A stretch of DNA of 64,000 nt from Bacteroidota bacterium (GTDB taxonomy: Bacteria > Bacteroidota > Bacteroidia > NS11-12g > UBA955). The stretch's first letter is position 1; each line of letters begins with the position of its first letter. Position numbers and translations under genes: made by a program. Shown one piece after another: positions 29,739 to 39,300 of the stretch. Below the pieces are notes generated by a model that was not told the origin of the DNA, did not search any database, and worked only from the letters and a program-made list of their open reading frames with translations. The stretch is taken from positions 2,616 to 66,615 of the forward strand of contig JABMMZ010000078.1 of NCBI GenBank assembly GCA_013205405.1, read 5' to 3'.

Positions 29739-31925
29739 TTATCTAGCTACATTTAATAATGTAGAAGTAGCTGAATTATCGGTAGTAATAGTAACAGTAT
29801 AAATACCTGAAGCAAAGTTAGATGTGTTGATGAAGAAAATATTTGCTCCAGCTTCCATTTCACCATTTTGCTCAGTAGATACTACCTGCCCTAATTGGTT
29901 AGTAACAATAACTTTTACGTTAGATTTTTGAGTTAAATTTATACTAACGTTTGCAAATTGATTAGCTGGATTAGGATAAACTTTATTCACTAAAATATTA
30001 TTAGCAGCTGCATTAATATCTGCTGCAAAATTCCATAATAATTTAGAACCAGCATTCAATACAGGTCTTTTTGTTACGTCAGCATCAAATTCAGAAACAT
30101 ATCCGATTAAATGAAGATTTCCTGGTATATTCCATCCTGGACCAGCGTTAGTATTGCAATATTCTGTGTTATTAGTTGTAGTGTAAGTTACTCTATTAGA
30201 TGCAGGTAAAGTGTAACTAGCATCATAAGTATAATCTACATTAGGCACAGCTACATCAGGAATTATAGAAGCTACACCCCAAGCACCACCTGGCATTGAA
30301 CGTGTAACGTGATTGTGAATGTATCCTTCCATAGTTGCTTTTTCATTGTACAATGGATGCGATGCGCCACCAGCGGCAGGACCACTTTTGCTAAAGTAAT
30401 TAGCTTGACTCCATTGGTTTGTATTTGGTCCTCTTACGTCACTTTCTGAAACAATAGCACCAATTCTTAAATCGCCAGCCCAATAATCAGAGAAACGTGC
30501 ATTAATTCTGTAAGAAAGCAGACGTGTAGTAGGATTAAAATTTTTAACAGTAATAGTTACTTCTACTGGCGCATTAATAGCCATTCTATTGCTAATTTCA
30601 GACGCCCAAGTGCCTCTATCAGCTGGAAAAACTACTCTATCAACAAAACCATCTGGATAACCACCAGCATAGGCTGTATTTATTAAATTACTTTCTGTAG
30701 TTGCCATTGCATCATTATTATGATGCACTAAAGGAATAAGTCTATCGCCCCATTCATCTATGGCATCTTTTAATCTCAAATGGCCATCTGGGCAGTAACC
30801 ACACCATGCACCCGTAGCTTCTTCGAATAATACATTTCTTTGAACAGTAGATGTACCGTTATTTCTTAATACATTCACATTTGTTTTAGAGTTATTATTC
30901 ATATCTTCATCAACACCGTTAGTATTTGGATTAGTAATCCAAACTTTTACATCAGATACAGAACCAGCAGCACCAGATGTCCAAGGAATAGTGCTAGAAA
31001 TAGTAGCTGAGCTTTCGCCACTACCTAATAAATTTAATCCTGTAACCGCATTAGATTGAGTAGGTCCGGTACCTATTGTATAATTAAATGTCAACGCGGT
31101 AATTGGTGTAGAACCGTTATTGGTAACCAATGCACTTAATGTAACACCAGTTGCTACTTTATAAAATTTAGCAGTATTAACAGACAATATTGCTGGCTCT
31201 AAAACAGGTTGGGTGCCGTAAATAAATTGGTAAGTTATATAATTTGATGTCAAATAATCAGCAGCTACTTTAAAGTTTGCAACTGCATTACCAGCCATTT
31301 TGCCTAAAGTCCCATCACTATTTTCGCATCCAATAATACCTGCTGAAGCAGAACTTCCATATCCGCCATAGGTAATATCAAATCTTCCTGCTGTACCTTC
31401 ATACAAAGAAATTGCGAATGCATATACGTTTGTATTAGCAGCTATCGCTTCTCCTTTTCTTGAAATACCGAACCATTGTATATGGTGAATTCTATTAGGT
31501 GTAGCACCTGTAGTGTAAGAAAATACTTTTACAGGAAATGCAGTATTAGGAGCTGATTTTAATTCAAAATCGTGCCAAAATGCATAAATCGCATTATTAG
31601 GATCGCCTGCAGTAGGCAATGCTGTTAAACTAGGCGCAGCAGATGCTGTAGCTGTTGTGTTAAAAGTTAAATAGCCATTATCGCTAGCCTTATATTTAGT
31701 AGTAGCAATGCCATAATAGTTAAAAGAGAAAGGAATTGTTTGTTCTGCTGACATTAAATCATTACTAGCCACAGCCAATAAAGAAGTAGTACCAGAAGTG
31801 GCCGAAACCTGAGCAATGTCATAACCAGTAGGTGCTGCACCCACTTTTTTTACACAATAGTAATTTTGTGCACTTAGGCTTGTAAATAAGCCTGTAAACA
31901 TGATTAAAAGTAATTTATTTTTCAT
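29739..31925 (-). CDS. Omp28-related protein with a nidogen-like N-terminal region and a T9SS type-A CTD
   Basis: IPFSFNYYG…SDNGYLTF…AIYAFWHD region; VLFEEATGAWCGYCPDG and HNHVTR (Omp28); VYPNPA…GIYTVTI CTD. Confidence 0.85.
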   Translation of the reverse strand: MKNKLLLIMFTGLFTSLSAQNYYCVKKVGAAPTGYDIAQVSATSGTTSLLAVASNDLMSAEQTIPFSFNYYGIATTKYKASDNGYLTFNTTATASAAPSLTALPTAGDPNNAIYAFWHDFELKSAPNTAFPVKVFSYTTGATPNRIHHIQWFGISRKGEAIAANTNVYAFAISLYEGTAGRFDITYGGYGSSASAGIIGCENSDGTLGKMAGNAVANFKVAADYLTSNYITYQFIYGTQPVLEPAILSVNTAKFYKVATGVTLSALVTNNGSTPITALTFNYTIGTGPTQSNAVTGLNLLGSGESSATISSTIPWTSGAAGSVSDVKVWITNPNTNGVDEDMNNNSKTNVNVLRNNGTSTVQRNVLFEEATGAWCGYCPDGHLRLKDAIDEWGDRLIPLVHHNNDAMATTESNLINTAYAGGYPDGFVDRVVFPADRGTWASEISNRMAINAPVEVTITVKNFNPTTRLLSYRINARFSDYWAGDLRIGAIVSESDVRGPNTNQWSQANYFSKSGPAAGGASHPLYNEKATMEGYIHNHVTRSMPGGAWGVASIIPDVAVPNVDYTYDASYTLPASNRVTYTTTNNTEYCNTNAGPGWNIPGNLHLIGYVSEFDADVTKRPVLNAGSKLLWNFAADINAAANNILVNKVYPNPANQFANVSINLTQKSNVKVIVTNQLGQVVSTEQNGEMEAGANIFFINTSNFASGIYTVTITTDNSATSTLLNVAR

Positions 31926-32090
31926 ATAATGTATAATATTTTTCAATATTAAGTAAAAAATAATTAATATTAAAATTGTTTTTCGTTTTTAATTAACTTT
32001 AAATTAACAACGAGGCTTAAAACCTGATTTTTATAATACTTGTATTTTTAATAACAATTCTTGCTTGAATTAGATGAAAAATAAAGGCTC

Positions 32091-32126
32091 AAAAAAAGCC
32101 GTTCAGAATATCTGAACGGCTTTTTT
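32091..32126 (-). terminator. Intrinsic terminator
   Basis: AAAAAAAGCCGTTCAGA-ATA-TCTGAACGGCTTTTTT. Confidence 0.9.
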
Positions 32127-32143
32127 AATTACTTTTTAAAATA

Positions 32144-32953
32144 TTAGTTTACTCTTGCAGCATTGACAAAAGTAAATTTAGAACCTACTTTCTTCCAAAT
32201 CATGATAGCTACTTTTACGTTAGCTTTTTCCCATGTTGAAGGAGCTGTAAATGTAAAATCAGTTACATTTGTTTGAGATCCTGCAGTTACAGCACCAGTG
32301 TATGGCATGCCATAAACACCAGCACTCATAGAACCTCTGCAAACATTATGATGTTCAACAGTACCTGTTTGGCTAGCTTGGATACTTTTTGCTTTATCTT
32401 CTATCATGTAAGCACCAACATAAAAATCACCAGTTTGAGCTTTAAAAGCTTTAACAGCTGCTTTTACAGTTAATTTCTGACCATCCCAAGTTGCTTTACC
32501 AGCTGCAGACATTTCTACTGGAGCAGCAGCAAATGCATCAACAGCAGCAATAGCGTCTATTTTTGTTTGAGTTGGGTTGATAGAACTTGGTGAAGGGAAT
32601 ACAGTTTTATTAACACCATTTACAGTAAAATTTGGATAGCTTTGTCCACCAAAATCAGTAAACCATAAATTAACAGTACTGTTAGTGAAATTACTGGTAG
32701 AACTTCCGTAAATACCCATATGAATTGCTTTAGACTCAACTGCAGCAATAATTTCATCATGCAATGTCCAACCCCAAGCACCACAAGGACCGCACCATGT
32801 TGCTGTTAATTTACCGTATATTGGCGTATTAACTTCAGCTACTACTAAAGCAGAATCACCTGTGTTTGTTTTAGGAGCGTCTTCTTTCTTTTTACAATTT
32901 GTTAGTAACAGTGCACTAGCAAGTACTAAGCTTAACAGTTTAATTTTTTTCAT
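32144..32953 (-). CDS. Omp28-related outer-membrane lipoprotein
   Basis: Lipobox LTNC followed by KKKED; TATWCGPCG, YP.F, IED and HHNVCRG motifs. Confidence 0.85.
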   Translation of the reverse strand: MKKIKLLSLVLASALLLTNCKKKEDAPKTNTGDSALVVAEVNTPIYGKLTATWCGPCGAWGWTLHDEIIAAVESKAIHMGIYGSSTSNFTNSTVNLWFTDFGGQSYPNFTVNGVNKTVFPSPSSINPTQTKIDAIAAVDAFAAAPVEMSAAGKATWDGQKLTVKAAVKAFKAQTGDFYVGAYMIEDKAKSIQASQTGTVEHHNVCRGSMSAGVYGMPYTGAVTAGSQTNVTDFTFTAPSTWEKANVKVAIMIWKKVGSKFTFVNAARVN

Positions 32954-33059
32954 TTTTTATTTAATATTTACTTTTACAAAAGTATAAAATTAATTAACAA
33001 TTCCAAATATTAATTATAAAAAATTACAATTAAACTACATTTCTTTATATTTTTGCGTT

Positions 33060-33869
33060 GTGTACTGCCGTAAAATAATATTCATTCTTATGATAATGCT
33101 TCATTTTGAGAGCTTTTGTCAAAAAAATAGTTTTAGCTATTGCACAGGCATTGGTTTTAATATAAATAAGTCGAGTGCCATTTTACCTAATTATAAAACT
33201 CAGAAATACGGTTTAGGTGAAGGAACGATATTAAATTTAAATTATTCGTATTATCCTGATAGTAGCCGCGTACTTGTTGGATTTGAGCTTCAGACTATTA
33301 TAGGTAAAAATGTTATTAAACTTCTAAGTAAAAATTCAATAGAAAACTTAAACGCAGAGGTTCGCAATGTTTCTAATCAATTAATTCTTAAAACAGGTTA
33401 CTGGTGGAAATACAAAAAAATACATTTTGAAATAAATACAGGTGTAATTTTACCTTATAACAATTATTGTTTGCATACTATCCATCAAAAAGATTCAGTA
33501 GGCAACACAATTATTAAATCTGAATTTAAACATTATTTCAGTTTAGGTTTCAATGGTAAGTTGTTGGTTGCTTATCCTATTCAAAAAAATATTTCTATTT
33601 TCACTACTTTAAATTTAAATTTATTAAATGCCAAAGTAAAAAGTAGTGAAATAAAGAGCTTTAGTAATTACAAATACGAAACTATTGAAACGGCTTTTCC
33701 GGATGTGGCAGATAGAGAAGTAAATTATTTAAAAAACATAGAAGACATAAAAAACAATGAAACTGTTTTGCCTAGATTATTTAATAAAAATATGGCTTCT
33801 GATGAGTTTAGTTATAAAGAATCATATAGTAATTGGGGACTTAGTTTTGGTTTTAAATTTTCATTTTAA
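33060..33869 (+). CDS. Hypothetical outer-membrane beta-barrel protein
   Basis: Signal peptide; ends WGLSFGFKFSF (beta-signal). Confidence 0.75.
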   Translation: MYCRKIIFILMIMLHFESFCQKNSFSYCTGIGFNINKSSAILPNYKTQKYGLGEGTILNLNYSYYPDSSRVLVGFELQTIIGKNVIKLLSKNSIENLNAEVRNVSNQLILKTGYWWKYKKIHFEINTGVILPYNNYCLHTIHQKDSVGNTIIKSEFKHYFSLGFNGKLLVAYPIQKNISIFTTLNLNLLNAKVKSSEIKSFSNYKYETIETAFPDVADREVNYLKNIEDIKNNETVLPRLFNKNMASDEFSYKESYSNWGLSFGFKFSF

Positions 33870-33875
33870 CTTTTT

Positions 33876-34531
33876 ATGGATGTAAAAAAAACCATCAGTT
33901 ATATTCTTCCTCATATTATTTCGAAAGGTAAAACAGCACTTGGCCAAAACTATGAAATAGCCTATGAGTATGGATATAAAGTATTGAACTCTGAAAATGC
34001 TAACTATAGTTTTGGCAGCTTACATCAGGTAATGCAAAAGGGCATTACAGCCATTTTAAAACATATAAAACCGACTAAAATATTACTGCTTGGATTGGGA
34101 GGCGGTAGTGCCTTGCGTATTTTTGAAAAGAAATTTAGCCATTCTTATCAAATTACAGCAATAGATATAGATAATGATATTATTACTATAGCTTTGAATC
34201 ATTTTAATCTGAATAAGTATAAAAACTTAGAAACAATAAATGCAGATGCTAGCCTTTGGATAGAAAATGCTTCTGAAAATAGTTTTGATTTAATTATTGA
34301 TGACATTTTTATGGATAGCATAATTCCAGATTTTTGTTTTAAAAAAGAGTATCTTGAAAATTGTTCTAAACTATTGATACCTAATGGCATTTATTTTCGG
34401 AATACCATGAATTTAGAAATTCTATTTCAGAAAAATATTACAACATACTTAGTTCTGTTTTTAAAAATATAGAATTATTGAGAGTTAAGAATTTAGACAA
34501 TTCTATTTATTTATGTAAGAATCAGGTTTAA
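33876..34531 (+). CDS. Spermidine-synthase-like SAM-dependent methyltransferase (apparent frameshift near the 3' end)
   Basis: NANYSFGSLH, LLLGLGGGS, IDID and FDLIIDD motifs. One extra A at 34417-34419 would extend the frame to NSISEKYYNILSSVFKNI…NSIYLCKNQV* at 34531. Confidence 0.8.
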
Positions 34532-36279
34532 GTATTTGCCAATGATGAATTGATCAATTCTGAATAATATCCATTCTTTGACAGCAATGTATCATGTGTG
34601 CCATATTCTATTATTTGCCCTTTGTTTAAAACCAAAATATTATCTGCACTTTTAATTGTAGAGAGTCTGTGAGCTATAACAATAGATGTTCGGTTAATCA
34701 GCATTTTTTTAATCGCATTTTGAATCAGTATTTCTGTGTCCGTATCTATTGAAGAAGTAGCTTCGTCCAATATTAAAACAGAGGGATTAAAAACCATTGC
34801 TCTTATAAAAGCTATTAATTGTCTTTGCCCAAGTGACAAAGTATTGCCACGTTCCATTACTTTAAAATTGAATGTATTGGGCAAAGTTTGAATAAAGTCG
34901 GATGCTCCTATTTCTTCAGTTGCTTTGTAGATAGACTCATCTGTAATTTCGTTATCATACAATCTAATATTATCTTTAATAGAACCACTAAACAAAAACA
35001 CATCTTGCAATACTACTGCTATTTTACTTCTTAAATAGGTTTGATTATAATTGGATTGTAATTCATTATCTATTAAAATAGCGCCTTCATTAATAGGATA
35101 AAGCCCACTTAATAAATTAATGATAGAAGATTTTCCAGCACCTGTGGCACCAACTATTGCGAGCGTTTGACCTGGTTCTAATTTAAAATTAATATCTTTT
35201 AAAACGTATTCTTTGTCAGTATACGCAAACCACACATTTTTAAATTCTATCTTACCAATAATTTTATTTTCGCTCAGCCCTTGTTTTTCTTGGAATTCTT
35301 TGTCATCTAATAATTTGAATATTCGATCGGCAGCCACCAATCCCATTTGAATATTATTAAACCTATCGGCTAAAATTCTGATGGGTCTAAAAAACATATT
35401 TATGTATAATATAAAAGCTGTAATCGTGCCAATATCCACTATCTCTTTTCCCACCATTGCTCGCGTTCCCCACCATACCATTAGTCCTAAGGAAATACTG
35501 GTAATTACCTCAATAACTGGAAAAAATACTGAATAATACAATACTGAATTATGATTGGCTTTATAATGTTCTTTATTAATAGATTTAAATTCATTAAAAG
35601 TATGTTGCTCTTTTCCAAACACTTGAACGAGTTGCATGCCTGTAAGGTGTTCTTGTACATAGACATTCATGTTAGAAACAGCAGTTCTAACACTTTCAAA
35701 AGCAGATTTTACTTTTATTCTAAATAAATGAGATGCATAAAAAAGAAAAGGTAATACGCTTAAGGCTACTAATGTGAGTTTCCAATCTATGGCGAGCATA
35801 AATGCTGTAATAGCTATAATTTGTAACAAATCGCCAATAATGGTAATGATGCCTTCAGCAAATAATTCTGCCACGGTTTCAATATCGCTTACCGAGCGCG
35901 TGGTCATAGTGCCTACGGGCGTTTTGTCATGGTATTTTAATCCATTATTTATAATATGTTTAAAGGTTTTTAATCGCAATATTTTTATTACCCCTTGCGC
36001 TATCCAACCCGTAATGTACTCGTTAAAAAACTGAAGAATGCCACTCACTAATATTAAAATTAAAATGAGCATTGAAATACTTATCAACCCATTTAAATCA
36101 TTATTAGCCGCATGAATATTAATTGCTTTTTCTATCAGCCATGGTCGTATAGGTGATAGAATAGCTAATAAAATAGTTGTAAAAACAGCAAACCATACTT
36201 TACTTCTGAATGGGACAGTGAGTACTAAAACTTTTTTGAGTAAGTTGAAATTAAAATTATTGCTAGTAGGAGATTTCAA
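34528..36279 (-). CDS. ABC transporter, fused permease/ATP-binding (MsbA/MdlB-like)
   Basis: TM domain; Walker A GATGAGKS, LSLGQRQ, ILDEATS and IAHRLST. The TTG at 36300 lies inside a TATATTTG promoter box, so TTG 36279 is the more likely start. Confidence 0.93.
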   Translation of the reverse strand: MKSPTSNNFNFNLLKKVLVLTVPFRSKVWFAVFTTILLAILSPIRPWLIEKAINIHAANNDLNGLISISMLILILILVSGILQFFNEYITGWIAQGVIKILRLKTFKHIINNGLKYHDKTPVGTMTTRSVSDIETVAELFAEGIITIIGDLLQIIAITAFMLAIDWKLTLVALSVLPFLFYASHLFRIKVKSAFESVRTAVSNMNVYVQEHLTGMQLVQVFGKEQHTFNEFKSINKEHYKANHNSVLYYSVFFPVIEVITSISLGLMVWWGTRAMVGKEIVDIGTITAFILYINMFFRPIRILADRFNNIQMGLVAADRIFKLLDDKEFQEKQGLSENKIIGKIEFKNVWFAYTDKEYVLKDINFKLEPGQTLAIVGATGAGKSSIINLLSGLYPINEGAILIDNELQSNYNQTYLRSKIAVVLQDVFLFSGSIKDNIRLYDNEITDESIYKATEEIGASDFIQTLPNTFNFKVMERGNTLSLGQRQLIAFIRAMVFNPSVLILDEATSSIDTDTEILIQNAIKKMLINRTSIVIAHRLSTIKSADNILVLNKGQIIEYGTHDTLLSKNGYYSELINSSLANT

Positions 36280-36323
36280 TGGGTTAAAAAGTAGGTGCAA
36301 ATATATATGCTAATTTACAACCG

Positions 36324-39300
36324 TTATAGAATTTCTAATGTTTGTTTAACATAATGTACTTTTCCAAAAATATCTTTAACTTCTAGCGTCAGTAAATAAG
36401 AACCTTTGGGCATCATTTCGCCTGAGGGAGTTCTTCCATTAAAGTTTGTTCCAACTGAATTAGTATTAAAAATTTTAGCTCCCCAGCGATTATAAATACT
36501 AAGGTTGAAAGTTTTAATCCCTCTTCCTACGATTTTTAATTCTTCATTAAAACCATCATTATTTACCGAAATAGCATTGGGAATGTATAAGGCATAAATA
36601 TCTCTTATTTGTACAAACATTGATACTGAATCTGAACATTGATTCAATCTATTTTTTGATGTCAAAATTACCCAATAACTGCCGGTATCTTCTGCATATT
36701 TGTGAATTGGATTTAAGGTGTCTTTCTCTTTGGTTAAATCGCCAAAATCCCATTCGAAACTTGTAAAATTAGTTGATAAATTTTTGAATGTTATAACTGG
36801 ATTTAAAAAGTTAGCATTAAGTGGAGTAAATTCAAATTTTGTGCGTGGCCTAGCAATTACTTCAACATATTTATTCTTTAATAAAACAGATTTACAACCC
36901 ATAGCAGAAGTAGCTGTTAAGCTAACATCAAATTTACCAGGATAATTAAAAATATTGTTTGGTGATGTTTTAGTACTTGTATCTTTGGTGTTAAATTTCC
37001 ATAAATATTTAACAGCGCCTGTTGTTAAATTATTGAATTGAAAAAAACCAGGTTCACATACCATTGTATCAGTAGCTTTAAAATCAATAATTGGCGATTG
37101 ATTGACAACTAAGTTTACTAAATTTGTGTCATTTTCTGAACAATTATCTTTCAATACCACATTAAATATTTTAGTATTTACAGGTTTAAAATAATTGACA
37201 TAATTAAAATTTCTTACCCCATCTATGTACCATTCATATTGACTAGGAATTCCTCCACCTAGAGTTAAGCTAAGCTTTGAGGAATCGCCTGTGCAAATAG
37301 AATTTTTAGTTAAAGCGGTATTAATAGAAAGAGGTAAACGAACAATTACATTTACAATCATTGAATCGTAAGGTACTGTGCAATTGTCTTTCAATAGTAA
37401 TTTATAACTTGTAGTTACCTTTGGCGAAACCAATTGATTTAAATTAGTTCCAAGACCATTATTCCATTGGAATTGGTAATTAGCCGATTTACCCCCATTA
37501 ACAATTGGCAATAAATTAGCCGTGCCTCCAAAACAAATGGCTGTATCTTTTAATCCTGAAATTTTTAACGCAGGCAATACATTCACTAATATTGAATCAA
37601 AAGCATTATCAGAACAATTATCTTTTAAGGTTAAATAATATTTTGTTGTGCTTGAAGGAGAAACAGAATTGCTAATTGTAGAAGGCAAACTATTGGACCA
37701 TACATAACTATAATTTACTGAATTACCACCGTCAGCTAATGCATTTAAATTTACAAATGTCCCTTTACAAATTGTAGTATCATTATTCAAATTTACTTGT
37801 AAAGGATCTCTTACTGTTATAAGTATTGAATCCGCAACAGGTAAAACTGTACACCCGTCTGTTAATATAGCTTTTACCCATGTGGTATAAGATAAATTAA
37901 TACTTTTTGAATTGCCAATTCCCAAGCCATTATTCCATGTTAAAGTATAGTTTCCATTTCCTCCATTTAATGCGGAACTTATACTTGCATTTTTATTATA
38001 ACAAATTATAGAATCGGCTGTGCTTAAATTTAAACTTAAAGGATTATTGACCGTAATATTTACAAGAGCAGTATCATTTAATACGGTACAAGCATCTGAT
38101 AAAACAATTTGATAAGAAGTAGTGATAGTTGGAGAAACTAAATGGGTAGGTAAATTACTTAAACCATTCGTCCAAGTATAATCATAGTTTGTGCTTTCTC
38201 CTCCAGATGCAAAAGTATTTAAAGGCACACTTTGACCAATGCAAATTGTGGTATCTTTTGTAAGTTGTATGGCAAGTGGCGCTAGTATATCAACCAAAAT
38301 AGAATCTATTGCACTATCGGAACAATTATCTGTAAGGGTTACAAAATATTTTGTTTTACTAGTAGGTACTACAATATTTGAAGAATTTGCTGGCAAACTA
38401 TTGCTCCATTGGTATATATAATCAATCGATTTACCGCCATTTGAAATAGCATTTAGCAAAATACTTCGTCCATTACAAATAGTAGAATCATTATTTAAAT
38501 TTACTGTTAATGGATCGCTCACTGTTATAAATACTGAATCTTTACTTGGCAATACTGTACATCCATCTGTTAAAGTAGCCGATATCCATGTACTATTTGT
38601 TAATGAGATATTTTTAGAATTACCTATTCCCAATCCATGGCTCCATGAAATAGAATAATTTCCATTACCACCTTGCGCATTCGTATTCAAATTAGCTGTT
38701 TTATTATAACAAATATTGGTATCTATTGTGTTTATTTTTATTTGCAAAGGCGCTTTAACAGTTATAGTTACTGAGGCTGTATCATTTTTAGGCGTACATC
38801 CATCAGATAAAATAACTTTGTATGTAGTTGTAATGTTAGGCGAAACAGAATGAGAACTATCGTTGCTCAAACCATTATTCCAAGTATAGGTATAAGCTGC
38901 TCTTTTACCACCTATTGCCGTTGCATTTAGTAAAATAGTTTGTCCAACACATATAGAAGTATCTTTATTAATTGAAAGCTTTAAAGGATTTCTAACAGCT
39001 ACTGTTACTTGTGCAGAATCTGTAGATTGAGTACAAACATCTTTTAAAGATACTTTATATACTTTTGTACTAAGTGGAGAAACTAATATAGAATCATTAG
39101 TGGCTATGTTTTGCCATTGATATAAATAATTCTTAAAATAACCTCCAAGGCCAGTGGCAAATAGCAGTGTTGAGTTGCCATAACAAATGGTAGTATCAGA
39201 AAAGGCTTTTATTTTAATGGGCTTTTTTATGGCTTTATAAAATAGCTTAAATCCTCTACCAATAACATAGGGGTCAGAAATATGTCTTAAGGTAAACATG

